A stretch of 59,762 nucleotides of DNA. Source: Gemmatimonadales bacterium (GTDB lineage: Bacteria; Gemmatimonadota; Gemmatimonadetes; Gemmatimonadales; GWC2-71-9). Below, piece after piece: positions 36,214 to 45,935 of the stretch. Each line of letters opens with the position of its first letter. Position 1 is the stretch's first letter. Below the pieces are notes generated by a model. The model was not told the origin of the DNA. It did no database searches and saw nothing but the letters and a program-made list of their open reading frames with translations. Both the position numbers and the translations under genes were made by a program. Location: positions 1 to 59,762 of the forward strand of contig JANNGX010000021.1 of assembly GCA_031404115.1 (NCBI GenBank). The letters run 5' to 3'.

Positions 36214-39200
36214 GGGCGCGGCCGGCGCCCCGGCGTCCAGGGAGCTCCCGCCGCCTCGAGATCGGCCTCCAGGCGCGCGAGATCACCCGCGATCAGCGTG
36301 GTGAGCTCCCCCGTCAGGGCGAGGAAAGCGGCGGTGGCGATCTCGACGTCACGTCGCATGGTAGCGGTCGGGGTCTGCCGCGTCTGCCAGTGTCCGGCCA
36401 TCACCAGCCCTATCCGGTCGCGGATGGACGGCGCATCGGATTCGCTGAGCCGCTGACGCGCGGGATTGCCATACAGCCTGAACTCGAACGCCGCGAGCGC
36501 CTGGCTTACCGAATCGATTCGGGCGTAAAGCGCCGGGTCGGCCTTCGGCGTCTGCAGCAGGGCTGCGCGCATGTGCCGGAGCTGATCCCGCATCTGGCCT
36601 AGCTGCGCGCCGGCGCCGGCGACCCGCCGCTGCAGCTCGGCCGTCTGCTGCTGGAACGCCGCGACCGCCACGAAGTCGACGCCTGATGGTGTTGAGGGCA
36701 CCGGTTTCACTTCGAAGGACTGCGGTGCACCCAGGCGCCGGACACCGCTCGCCGACACCACCATCAGGTCCACGGAGTAGCGGCCCGGCGCCATCAAGGG
36801 CCCCCGGGGCTGGTCGTCCCAGGGCGGCTGGAACCCCGGCGGTGTGAGGTCAACCGGGTTAGGGTTGGGGCCACGAAGGTCCCAGTTTGTCCGGTGGAGC
36901 CCTGCCGTCGCGGGTCCCTCGATCCACCGCACCTTCCGGCCCGCAGCATCGGAGATCATGAGCAGAACCTTGGGTCCACCCTCGAGGGCCTCCGCGCTCA
37001 GCCGGTCGAACCCGGGGAAGGGAGCATCGGCACTCTGCTCCCGCAGGGTCTTTTCCCGGGCCAGGCGCGTTTCGCGTGCCGTGGTGGGCGCCTCGGCAAG
37101 GTAGTAGGTCAGGATGGCGCCGAAGAGCGGGTTATCCGTGGTGAAGTCGTCGCTGCCCGCTTCGGGCCGACCGGGAGCCTGGGACGGCTGCGACGGGACG
37201 TACCACCAGGCGTCGCGGACCGGGAACAGGGAGCCCGCGCCGGCCAGCGCGCCCGCGGCGATCTCGCGTAAGGGGGTGTAGTCGTCCAGGACGTAGACGC
37301 CCCGCCCGAAGGTGGCACCCACCAGGTCGTTGTCCCGACGATGGAGCTTGAGGTCCCGGAACGGTATGGTGGGCACGCCGCCGCTCAGCTTGACCCAGTT
37401 CGTCCCCCGGTTGGGAGAGAAATAGAGCCCGAACTCGGTGCCCACGAAGAGCAGGTCGGGACGGACATGATCCTGCTGGATGGCCCAGACGATGGTGCCC
37501 TTCGGCAGGTTGCCCCCAATGGACCGCCAGGTCCGGCCCAGGTCGGCGCTCTCGTATACATAGGGTGAGAAATCGCCGGTCTTATGGGCGTCCGCGACGG
37601 CGTAGATGGTACGGCCGTCGTGGAGCGAGGCCTCGACGTCGTTGATGAACGAAAGCGGCGGCAGGCCCGGTAGCGGTGCCGCCCGCGTCCAGCTCCCTCC
37701 GCCGTTCGAGGAAACCTGGACCAGTCCGTCATCGGTCCCCACCACCAGCACGCCGGCCGACACCGGAGACTCCGAAATCGAGGTGAGGGTGGAGTACTTG
37801 GACATGGCGCCGTTATCGTGCAGCGCGTCCACGCTCCAGACCCGCCCCATGAACGGCTGCTCGTAGCGGTTCCGCCCCTGGGTCAGGTCACCGCTGATCG
37901 GGGCCCAGTTGCTGCCGCGGTCGTCACTCCGCCAGACCCGCTGGGAGCCGTAATAGATCCGGTCGGGGTTGTGGGGACTCACCAGGATGGGCGAATCCCA
38001 GTTCCACTGCTCCGGCGCATCGCCCGGGGCGGGCTCCGGGCGAATGCTCAGTGCCTCGTCGCTCCGGCGGTCTTTTCGGAAGAGCATCCCCTCCTGGTAC
38101 ATCAGGTAGAGCGTCTCGGGATCGCGCGGGTCGAAGGCGACGCCATACCCGTCGGCGCCGAGGGGCACGTACCAGTCCTGGTTGCGGATGCCGTCGCGAT
38201 TCAGGGTGCGGGACGGACCGTGCAGCGTACCCAGGTCCTGCGCGCCCACCAGCACGTCGTAAAACGGTTCGCGATTGTTGAGCGCCACCTTGTAGAACTG
38301 GGAGACCGGCAGGTTCGGGAAGTGGCGCCACGTGGCGCCTTCATCGAAGCTCTCATAGAGTCCGGCATCGGTGCCGACGATGAGGTGTCGCCCGTTGCCC
38401 GGGTCGATGACGAGGGCGTGGTTGTCGCTGTGCTTGTCGTGGCCGGTTTCGAGGATGCCGAAGCCGCCACCCCCGTCCCGGGTTACCCGGAGGAACACGT
38501 CCATCTGGTACACCAGGTCCGGGTTGACGGGGGACGCTTCGATCTCCTGGTAGTAGTGGGGGCCGGTCCCGCCGGAGATGTACCCGTTCCGCCGCTCCCA
38601 GCTTTCCCCCTTGTCGCGCGACCGGTAAAATCCCCGCTCTTCCTCCCCCGCCTCGATGGTGGCGTAGACCAGGTTGGGGTCGGCCGCCGTGACCGCGAGG
38701 CCGATTTTGCCCATGTCGCCCTTGGGGAGGCCGGTCTTGACCGGCCGCCAGCTCTTTCCGTTATCGGTGGATTTCCAGATGCCTGACCGGGGACCGCCCC
38801 CGAGGAACCCCCAGACGTGCCGGCGACGCTGGTATCCCGCCGCATACACCACATCGGGGTTCGCGGGATCGAATTCGAGATCGGTGACCCCGGTATGCTC
38901 GTCGATCTGAAGCACCGCACTCCAGGTGGCGCCACCGTCGCTGGTGCGGTACACGCCTCGCTCACCGCCCGACGACCAGAGCGGTCCCTCGGAAGCAACC
39001 AGCACCACGCGACCGTCCCGCGGATCCACCAGAATCCGGCCGACGTGCTGGGACGCGACCAGGCCCATGTGCTGCCAGGTACGACCGGCATCGGGGCTTC
39101 GGTACACGCCGTTGCCCCAGCCCACATGCCGCCCACTCACGTTTTCGCCCGTGCCCACCCAGATCACCTCGGAATTGCCGGGATCGATGGTGATTTCGCC

Positions 39201-39482
39201 GATGGAGTAGGACGCCTGGCCGTCGAAAATCGGAGTCCAGGTGGTGCCGGCGTTGGTGGTCTTCCAGACGCCGCCTGAGCCTGCGGCGACGTACCAGATG
39301 GTGCGGTCGCGTGGATGGACCGCCACATCGGAGATCCGCCCGCTCATGAGTCCCGGGCCGATGCTCCGGAGCTTCAAGGCGGCGGCGGCTTTCGCCATGG
39401 TGGCCGTGTCGACGGACTGGGCGGTGAGCGACGCGGGCGTCGCCGCCAGGGCGGCCAGCGCGAGGAGCAGTCGAGTTCTCAT
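36210..39482 (-). CDS. Secreted BNR/sortilin (VPS10)-like beta-propeller repeat protein
   Basis: Trimmed to ATG 39482 (MRTRLLLALAALAATPASLTAQ), overlapping the upstream stop (ATGA 39479-39482). Repeated S/TxDxGxTW BNR motifs: TTNAGTTWT, SPDAGRTWQ, TSDGGATWS, STDNGKSWR, SRDKGESWE. Confidence 0.8.
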   Translation of the reverse strand: MRTRLLLALAALAATPASLTAQSVDTATMAKAAAALKLRSIGPGLMSGRISDVAVHPRDRTIWYVAAGSGGVWKTTNAGTTWTPIFDGQASYSIGEITIDPGNSEVIWVGTGENVSGRHVGWGNGVYRSPDAGRTWQHMGLVASQHVGRILVDPRDGRVVLVASEGPLWSSGGERGVYRTSDGGATWSAVLQIDEHTGVTDLEFDPANPDVVYAAGYQRRRHVWGFLGGGPRSGIWKSTDNGKSWRPVKTGLPKGDMGKIGLAVTAADPNLVYATIEAGEEERGFYRSRDKGESWERRNGYISGGTGPHYYQEIEASPVNPDLVYQMDVFLRVTRDGGGGFGILETGHDKHSDNHALVIDPGNGRHLIVGTDAGLYESFDEGATWRHFPNLPVSQFYKVALNNREPFYDVLVGAQDLGTLHGPSRTLNRDGIRNQDWYVPLGADGYGVAFDPRDPETLYLMYQEGMLFRKDRRSDEALSIRPEPAPGDAPEQWNWDSPILVSPHNPDRIYYGSQRVWRSDDRGSNWAPISGDLTQGRNRYEQPFMGRVWSVDALHDNGAMSKYSTLTSISESPVSAGVLVVGTDDGLVQVSSNGGGSWTRAAPLPGLPPLSFINDVEASLHDGRTIYAVADAHKTGDFSPYVYESADLGRTWRSIGGNLPKGTIVWAIQQDHVRPDLLFVGTEFGLYFSPNRGTNWVKLSGGVPTIPFRDLKLHRRDNDLVGATFGRGVYVLDDYTPLREIAAGALAGAGSLFPVRDAWWYVPSQPSQAPGRPEAGSDDFTTDNPLFGAILTYYLAEAPTTARETRLAREKTLREQSADAPFPGFDRLSAEALEGGPKVLLMISDAAGRKVRWIEGPATAGLHRTNWDLRGPNPNPVDLTPPGFQPPWDDQPRGPLMAPGRYSVDLMVVSASGVRRLGAPQSFEVKPVPSTPSGVDFVAVAAFQQQTAELQRRVAGAGAQLGQMRDQLRHMRAALLQTPKADPALYARIDSVSQALAAFEFRLYGNPARQRLSESDAPSIRDRIGLVMAGHWQTRQTPTATMRRDVEIATAAFLALTGELTTLIAGDLARLEADLEAAGAPWTPGRRPRP

Positions 39483-40675
39483 TTCGGAAATCCGCTTCGC
39501 GGAATGGCCGGGGTGATCTTGAGCGCGTTCCCATAGTACAGCTTCTTGAGCACCGAATCCGGAAGCCCCAGGCCGTAGAGCTTCCAGAAGGCGTGATAGT
39601 CGCGGTAGTAATCGAAGTACTCGTCGAACGTCTCGAACACCCTCCAATAGTACGGGTACTCGTCGGGCTGGAAGCTGTCCTTCCCGAACAACAGCCGGTC
39701 CTGGTACTTGATGAAGAACTCCCGGGCCGCCCTCGGCTGTCGACCGAGGTCGTACAGGATGGCACCGACCTCGCTGTAGAGGTTGGGCAGGCTGTCGAAC
39801 ATGCGCCCGAGGCGCGCCAGATCATTGGCATGCCACCCGAGGTGCGCAATGACCCAGGTGGTCTTCGGGTGGCGCGCCAGGAGCCGGTCCCGCTCCGCCA
39901 TCAGCTCTTCGAACGATGGGTACCTGGAGCGATCCTGGTAGCGCCGGCCGGAAAAGAGCGCCAGCTCCAGCCACCGTTCATTCTGGAAATCGAGGGGTGC
40001 GAAGAACTCCGAGGGGTCTCCGGTGTGGATGAACACGGGAATCCTCAGGCGGGCCGCCGTCTGCCACACCGGGTCGAGCTCCGGATCGTCCAGCTTGAGG
40101 CGGGTACCGTCGCTCTTCCGCGCCGAGAGCCCAAAGCCCTTCCCGATCTCTCCGATGCCCGCCGCGCCGGCCGCGACGTCCGCTTCGAGTTGGGCTGCGA
40201 TTCGGGCGCCCGATCCAGGGCCTACGGCTCCGAGGTTGAGCGTCGTGAACATCACGAAACGGTCTTTATACCTGCTCGCGGCGACCGCCGCGACTTGCTG
40301 CTTCAGCCGGTCCCCGGAGCTGCCGTTAGCGGCCACCATCACGCGCAGGTTGAGCGAGTCCATCGCCTCGCCGACGCGGTTGATGCTCTCGGCGGAGGTG
40401 AGCGCGGGGGGATGCCCGTGGAAATCGATCGCCGGGAACCTGGGCCGGGGCACCGGGTGGGCCGGAACCACAAGGGTCGAGCGGGGCTTGTACTCCCGGA
40501 TGCTTGGCGGGGGAAACTCCGGGTCACGCCCCTCCGCCGGCCGGGGCCGGATCTGGCCCGCGGTGGTGGGTTGCTGGGCGATGGCTGATACGGCGGAGGC
40601 CAGTGCGAGGACCCCCGCGAGCAGGATCGCTCGGGGTACCAAGCGCCGCGAGGGACGCGTCAGGGAAGTAGGCAT
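39479..40675 (-). CDS. Secreted amidohydrolase-2 family hydrolase
   Basis: MPTSLTRPSRRLVPRAILLAGVLALASAVSAIAQQ (signal), then FPAIDFHGHP metal motif. The track start 40714 is an alternative. Confidence 0.7.
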   Translation of the reverse strand: MPTSLTRPSRRLVPRAILLAGVLALASAVSAIAQQPTTAGQIRPRPAEGRDPEFPPPSIREYKPRSTLVVPAHPVPRPRFPAIDFHGHPPALTSAESINRVGEAMDSLNLRVMVAANGSSGDRLKQQVAAVAASRYKDRFVMFTTLNLGAVGPGSGARIAAQLEADVAAGAAGIGEIGKGFGLSARKSDGTRLKLDDPELDPVWQTAARLRIPVFIHTGDPSEFFAPLDFQNERWLELALFSGRRYQDRSRYPSFEELMAERDRLLARHPKTTWVIAHLGWHANDLARLGRMFDSLPNLYSEVGAILYDLGRQPRAAREFFIKYQDRLLFGKDSFQPDEYPYYWRVFETFDEYFDYYRDYHAFWKLYGLGLPDSVLKKLYYGNALKITPAIPRSGFPK

Positions 40676-40805
40676 TGGAATGGATCGTAAACCCGTCGAC
40701 AGGTGGAGTACCACATGATTCGGCTGGAGGTGCCAGGCCTGGAATCGGCCAGGCGGCCCAAAGATAGCGACGGTTTCGCCGGATTTTTTCGCGCTTCGGC
40801 ACCAC

Positions 40806-42458
40806 TCACCGCGGCTTCCCGAGCGACGGCGTGTTCGGTGGCGGCCGGCGATGGTGGGTGGCCTGCTCGAACGCGAAGCCCAGGCCCAGCAGCATCGGTT
40901 CAGTGAAGGGCCGTCCCATCAATTCGAGGCCCACCGGCAAGGCGTCGGGGGTGAACCCCGCCGGCACGGTGAACGCCGGAAAGCCGATCGCGGGGCTCAG
41001 CCCACGATTGTCGCCCCGGCCATAGCGGTCGGCCGGCTTTGCCTTGGTCAAGACGCTGTCTCCGATCACCGTCGGCTGGTGATTGAAGGTGGGGTATGCC
41101 ACGGCATCGAGGCGCTGGTCGGCCATGACCTTGAGCACGGCAAGCCGAAGCCTTTCCCGTTTCTGGATCACCGTCAGATAGCCGGGATCACTCGTGGTCT
41201 TTCCCACCAGGCTCATCATGCCCCGGGCCCGCCACGGATTCACCACCCCGGCGAGCAGGATCTCCTTGAACGTCTTGACCGGCGCGTTGGGGTGCTCCTT
41301 CAGGTAATCGTCGGTGGCGCGCTCAGTCTCGTAGTTGTTGTCGATGTCGCGCACACCGGCCAAGTCGGGGATGACCAGGGAGTCGAGGACGGTTGCACCG
41401 AGCGACTCGAGTTTGCGCACGGCTTGATCGAAGACCGCCCGCACCACGGCGTAGTCCTCCGACGCCTTGTCAGTCGTGGTGTCCATCGGCTCGCGCACCA
41501 CGCCAATCCGGACTCCGCGGAGTGCATCGGCGCGGAGGGAGGCGGCGTAGCTGGCCGGCTGGTGCCCCACGGCGTAGGCAGTGATCGGGTCCGCGGGATC
41601 GTAACCGGCGATCACGCCGAGGAGGAGTGCGGCATCCAGTACGGTGCGAGCGATCGGGCCCATGGTGTCTTGGGTGGGGTTGGCCGGCATCATCCCAAAC
41701 CGACTCACTAGCGGCAGGGTCGGGCGGAGCCCCACGAGGCTGTTCACCGCCGCCGGGCCGCGGATCGATCCACCGGTGTCCTCTCCGATCGCGATCAGGC
41801 CGAAGTTTGCCGCGACGCCCGCCGCCGAGCCGCCCGAGGAGCCACTGGGATTGCGGGTGGGATCGTAGGCATTTCGCACCGCGCCGAAGCCGGAACCGAC
41901 GTAACGGGCCGCGAATTCGCCCATGGTGGTCTTGGCGAGGATGATGGCACCCGCCGCCTCCAGCCGGATCACGATGGTCGCGTCCCGCGCCGGGATAAAG
42001 CCCTTGAAGAGGGCGGAGCCGTAGGTGGTCGGCATGTCGCGGGTGTCGACCTGGTCCTTGAGCAGCACGGGGATGCAATGGAGCGGCCCGACCTTGATCC
42101 CCGAGCGCATTACCGCGTCGAGAGAATCGGCCTCGGCGAGGGCGCGCGGATTCACGTACTGGACGGCGTTGAGGGCAGGGCCGGCCTGGTCGTAGGCGGC
42201 AATGCGGTCGAGGTAGGACTGCACCAGGGAGCGGCAGGTCAGTCGTCCGGAGGCGAATGCAGCGCGAACGGTGGTGATCGTCGCCTCGACCACCTCGAAG
42301 TTCTGCGCGGCGAGGTGGCCGGGGAGGAGGCCGAGGAGGAGCGCGGCGGTGGTGCCAACGAGGGATATGTCGGCAAGTGAGAAGCGCACGGAGTCCGCCT
42401 TCAATGATGCACCAAGGAATAGGTTCGGATGGAAGATTATGGCTCCCCCGAGCTCCAT
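40806..42458 (-). CDS. Amidase-signature (GatA-like) family amidase, probably secreted
   Basis: The GSSGGSAAGVAANF amidase-signature motif is present. The probable true start is GTG 42389 (VRFSLADISLVGTTAALLLGLLPGHLAAQ). Confidence 0.75.
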   Translation of the reverse strand: MELGGAIIFHPNLFLGASLKADSVRFSLADISLVGTTAALLLGLLPGHLAAQNFEVVEATITTVRAAFASGRLTCRSLVQSYLDRIAAYDQAGPALNAVQYVNPRALAEADSLDAVMRSGIKVGPLHCIPVLLKDQVDTRDMPTTYGSALFKGFIPARDATIVIRLEAAGAIILAKTTMGEFAARYVGSGFGAVRNAYDPTRNPSGSSGGSAAGVAANFGLIAIGEDTGGSIRGPAAVNSLVGLRPTLPLVSRFGMMPANPTQDTMGPIARTVLDAALLLGVIAGYDPADPITAYAVGHQPASYAASLRADALRGVRIGVVREPMDTTTDKASEDYAVVRAVFDQAVRKLESLGATVLDSLVIPDLAGVRDIDNNYETERATDDYLKEHPNAPVKTFKEILLAGVVNPWRARGMMSLVGKTTSDPGYLTVIQKRERLRLAVLKVMADQRLDAVAYPTFNHQPTVIGDSVLTKAKPADRYGRGDNRGLSPAIGFPAFTVPAGFTPDALPVGLELMGRPFTEPMLLGLGFAFEQATHHRRPPPNTPSLGKPR

Positions 42459-42505
42459 ACGCCAATGGTGACACCGGCTTGTCGGGACGCTACCTTCTTT
42501 TGGTC

Positions 42506-43534
42506 ATGGCCACCCCCACCCGCACCTCCCGCTACGGGTCCGCTCAGGCCCACCGGCCGGCCGCACCGCCTCAACCCTCCGCAACCTTCCCCCGGAACCC
42601 AGGCATGCCCCTGGACTTGGGCTGGATCGGGGACATCCGCATCAACCGGAGTGCGGTCGAGCGCCGGGCGGCCACCATCCCGACCCGTCGCACCGTCAAG
42701 ACCGCCTGGCAAGCGGGCTGGCTGCTCCGCGCCATATCCCTGATGGATCTGACCACGCTCTCGGGAGACGATACACCCGGGCGAGTCCTTCGGCTTTGCG
42801 CCAAGGCGCGCCGCCCGGTGCGCCAGGACGTGCTGGACGCGCTGGGCGCAGGAGACCTGGGTCTCACGGTGGCCGCGGTATGCGTCTATCACGCGTTCGT
42901 GGATACCGCGGTCAAAGCCCTCGACGGCAGCGGCATTCCCGTGGCCGCGGTGTCCACCGGATTTCCCGCCGGGCTGTCGCCGCTTCCGCTCCGGATTGCG
43001 GAAATCGAAGCCTCGGTGGCCGCGGGCGCCAAAGAGATCGACATCGTCATTACGCGCGCGCACGTCCTCACCGCCAAATGGACCGCGCTCTACGACGAGG
43101 TCAAGGCGTTCCGTGCCGCGGCCGGCCCCGCCCACCTCAAAGCGATCCTCGCCACTGGCGAGCTTGGCACGCTCCGGGAAGTGGCCAGGGCCAGCGTCGT
43201 GGCCATGATGGCGGGTGCTGATTTCATCAAGACGTCCACCGGCAAGGAAACCGTCAACGCGACGATGCCCTTCGGGATCGTGATGGCGCGCCAGATCCGC
43301 GAGTTCCGCGAGCGTACCGGCTTCTTCGTCGGGTTGAAGCCGGCCGGCGGCATCCGTACCGCCAAGCAGTCGCTCGACTGGCTGGCCATGATCAAGGAGG
43401 ATTTGGGGGACCGGTGGCTCCGGCCCGACCTCTTCCGCTTCGGCGCCAGCAGCTTGCTGACGGACATCGAGCGGCAGCTCGAGCACTACGCGACCGGGCG
43501 GTACTCCGCCGCCCACCGCCATCCCATGGCCTGA
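42506..43534 (+). CDS. deoC: Deoxyribose-phosphate aldolase (long form)
   Basis: AISLMDLTTLSGDDT, EIDIVI and the Schiff-base lysine motif ADFIKTSTGK. Start is ATG 42506 or ATG 42605. The track start 42377 overlaps the divergent amidase. Confidence 0.75.
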   Translation: MATPTRTSRYGSAQAHRPAAPPQPSATFPRNPGMPLDLGWIGDIRINRSAVERRAATIPTRRTVKTAWQAGWLLRAISLMDLTTLSGDDTPGRVLRLCAKARRPVRQDVLDALGAGDLGLTVAAVCVYHAFVDTAVKALDGSGIPVAAVSTGFPAGLSPLPLRIAEIEASVAAGAKEIDIVITRAHVLTAKWTALYDEVKAFRAAAGPAHLKAILATGELGTLREVARASVVAMMAGADFIKTSTGKETVNATMPFGIVMARQIREFRERTGFFVGLKPAGGIRTAKQSLDWLAMIKEDLGDRWLRPDLFRFGASSLLTDIERQLEHYATGRYSAAHRHPMA

Positions 43535-43535
43535 C

Positions 43536-45935
43536 ATGACGACGGTTCGCGAGTCCTTCGAATCAATGGCCTGGGGCCCGGCGCCGGAATCGGCCGCGAC
43601 CGCCGAGGCGTGGCTCGAGCAACACGGCAGGTCGTTGGGGAATTACATCGGTGGAGGTTGGACCGCCCCAGGGGCCGAGGGATTCGATACGATCAATCCG
43701 GCCGATGGCACGAGACTCGCGCGGGTGACCGCCGGGAGCACATCGGACGTCGACGCCGCAGTGGCCGCGGCGCGCGCGGCGCAAGCGGAGTGGTGGGCGC
43801 TGGGCGGACATGGCCGGGCCCGCTGGCTGTATGCGCTGGCGCGCCAGATTCAGCGCAACAGCCGGCTCTTTTCCGTCGTGGAGACTCTGGACAACGGCAA
43901 GCCGATCCGCGAGTCGCGCGACATCGATATTCCGCTGGTCGCGCGGCATTTCTACCATCATGCGGGCTGGGCCCAGCTCATGGACACCGAGCTCCCGGGG
44001 TACGGTCCGGTCGGCGTGGTGGGACAGATCATTCCCTGGAATTTTCCGCTGCTCATGCTGGCGTGGAAAATCGCGCCGGCGCTCGCGATGGGGAACACGG
44101 TGGTGCTCAAGCCGGCGGAGTTCACCTCGCTCACCGCGCTGCTCTTCGCGGACTGCTGCCATGCCATTGGATTGCCGCCCGGCGTCGTCAACATCATCAC
44201 CGGGGACGGCCGCACCGGTGCTGCGCTGGTGGACCATCCGGATGTGGACAAAATCGCCTTCACCGGCTCCACCGAAGTAGGGCGGATTATTCGCATCGCC
44301 ACGGCCGGCAGTGGCAAGAAGCTCTCGCTCGAGCTGGGCGGCAAATCGCCCTTCATCGTCTTCGAGGACGCCGATCTCGACAGTGTGGTCGAGGGCGTGG
44401 TGGACGCGATCTGGTTCAACCAGGGCCAGGTCTGCTGCGCCGGCTCCCGCATCCTGGCGCAGGAGAGCATCGCCACTCGACTGGTCGAGAAGCTCCGCGC
44501 CCGGATGGAGACGCTGCGAATCGGTAACCCGCTCGACAAGGCGGTGGACATCGGGGCCATCGTGGCGCCGGTGCAGCTCGAGATCATCCAGGGGCTGGTG
44601 CAGAAGGGCATCGACGAAGGCGCCACGTGCTGGCAGCCGAGCTGGAGCGTGCCCAAGGAAGGACTGTTTTATCCGCCGACGCTGTTCACCGACGTCACCC
44701 CCGCCGCGACGATTGCGCAGGTGGAGATCTTCGGGCCCGTCGTGGTGCTCATGACGTTCCGGACCCCGGCCGAGTCGGTCGAGATCGCCAACAACACCCG
44801 CTACGGCCTGGCCGCGAGCGTGTGGAGCGAGAATCTCAACACCGCCCTGGATATCGCCCCGCAGCTCAAGGCCGGCACCGTGTGGGTCAACTGCACCAAC
44901 ATGTTCGACGCGGCGAGCGGGTTCGGCGGATACCGGGAGTCGGGGTACGGACGGGAAGGCGGGAAAGAGGGGCTGTGGGAGTATGTGCGGCGGGAGGGCC
45001 ACCGGACGGACGGGACGGACAGCGTGGGCGGTGAGGGCGGGGGCTTTCCGTCCCCACTGTCCTCGCTGTCCGCCCCACCCTCGCTGTCCGCCCTCCCCGC
45101 CATCGATCGAACTGCGAAGCTCTACATCGGCGGCAAGCAAACCCGCCCCGACTCGGGCTACTCCATACCTATCCTCGACGCAGCCGGCGCGACGGTCGGC
45201 GACGTGGGCCGAGGGAACCGCAAGGACATCCGGAACGCGGTCGAGGCAGCCCACAAGGCCGAGGCGGGGTGGGGCACCGCGTCGGCGCACAACCGGGCCC
45301 AGGTGCTGTACTACATCGCGGAGAACCTCGCGATCCGGGAGCGGGAGTTCGTCGACCGCCTGTCCTCACTGTCCTCACCGTCCTCCCTGGCGGAGGTCGC
45401 GGCCGCCATCCAGCGCGCCTTTGCCTACGCCGCGTGGGCCGACAAGTATGATGGACGGGTCCACTCCACACCGTTCCGCAATGTCACGCTGGCCATGAAC
45501 GAGCCGATCGGGGTGATGGGGCTCATCGCGCCTGCCGAGGCCCCGCTGCTCGGCTTCCTTTCGCTGGTGCTCCCGGCGGTCGCCATGGGCAACTGCGTCG
45601 TCGCGGTTCCATCGGAGCGGTGGCCCCTGCTCGCCACCGATCTGTATCAGGTGCTGGACACGTCCGATGTTCCGGGGGGCGTGATCAACATCGTGACCGG
45701 AAGCCGCAAGGAGCTGGCCCCGGTGCTGGCGGCGCACGACGACGTGGATGCCGTCTGGTTCTACGGACCGCGCGAAGAAGCAGCCGAGGTGGAGAAGCTC
45801 TCGGCTGGCAACATGAAGCGGTGCAAAGTTGAGTGGAGCAAGACAAACTGGCTGGACCGCCGCGAGGCCGAGGGCGAAGAGTTCCTCCGCGAAGCCACGC
45901 AGGTCAAGAACATCTGGGTGCCCTACGGCGCCTGA
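43536..45935 (+). CDS. Aldehyde dehydrogenase fused to a second, catalytically truncated ALDH-like domain
   Basis: First ~480 aa are a complete ALDH: WNFPLLMLAWKIAPALAMGNTVVLKPAE, catalytic ELGGKSP and QGQVCCAGSR. A low-complexity linker follows (DGTDSVGGEGGGFPSPLSSLSAPPSLSALP). Then comes a ~290-aa ALDH-like NAD-binding portion with no Cys/Glu catalytic motifs. The ATG lies 1 nt after the deoC stop. Confidence 0.75.
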   Translation: MTTVRESFESMAWGPAPESAATAEAWLEQHGRSLGNYIGGGWTAPGAEGFDTINPADGTRLARVTAGSTSDVDAAVAAARAAQAEWWALGGHGRARWLYALARQIQRNSRLFSVVETLDNGKPIRESRDIDIPLVARHFYHHAGWAQLMDTELPGYGPVGVVGQIIPWNFPLLMLAWKIAPALAMGNTVVLKPAEFTSLTALLFADCCHAIGLPPGVVNIITGDGRTGAALVDHPDVDKIAFTGSTEVGRIIRIATAGSGKKLSLELGGKSPFIVFEDADLDSVVEGVVDAIWFNQGQVCCAGSRILAQESIATRLVEKLRARMETLRIGNPLDKAVDIGAIVAPVQLEIIQGLVQKGIDEGATCWQPSWSVPKEGLFYPPTLFTDVTPAATIAQVEIFGPVVVLMTFRTPAESVEIANNTRYGLAASVWSENLNTALDIAPQLKAGTVWVNCTNMFDAASGFGGYRESGYGREGGKEGLWEYVRREGHRTDGTDSVGGEGGGFPSPLSSLSAPPSLSALPAIDRTAKLYIGGKQTRPDSGYSIPILDAAGATVGDVGRGNRKDIRNAVEAAHKAEAGWGTASAHNRAQVLYYIAENLAIREREFVDRLSSLSSPSSLAEVAAAIQRAFAYAAWADKYDGRVHSTPFRNVTLAMNEPIGVMGLIAPAEAPLLGFLSLVLPAVAMGNCVVAVPSERWPLLATDLYQVLDTSDVPGGVINIVTGSRKELAPVLAAHDDVDAVWFYGPREEAAEVEKLSAGNMKRCKVEWSKTNWLDRREAEGEEFLREATQVKNIWVPYGA

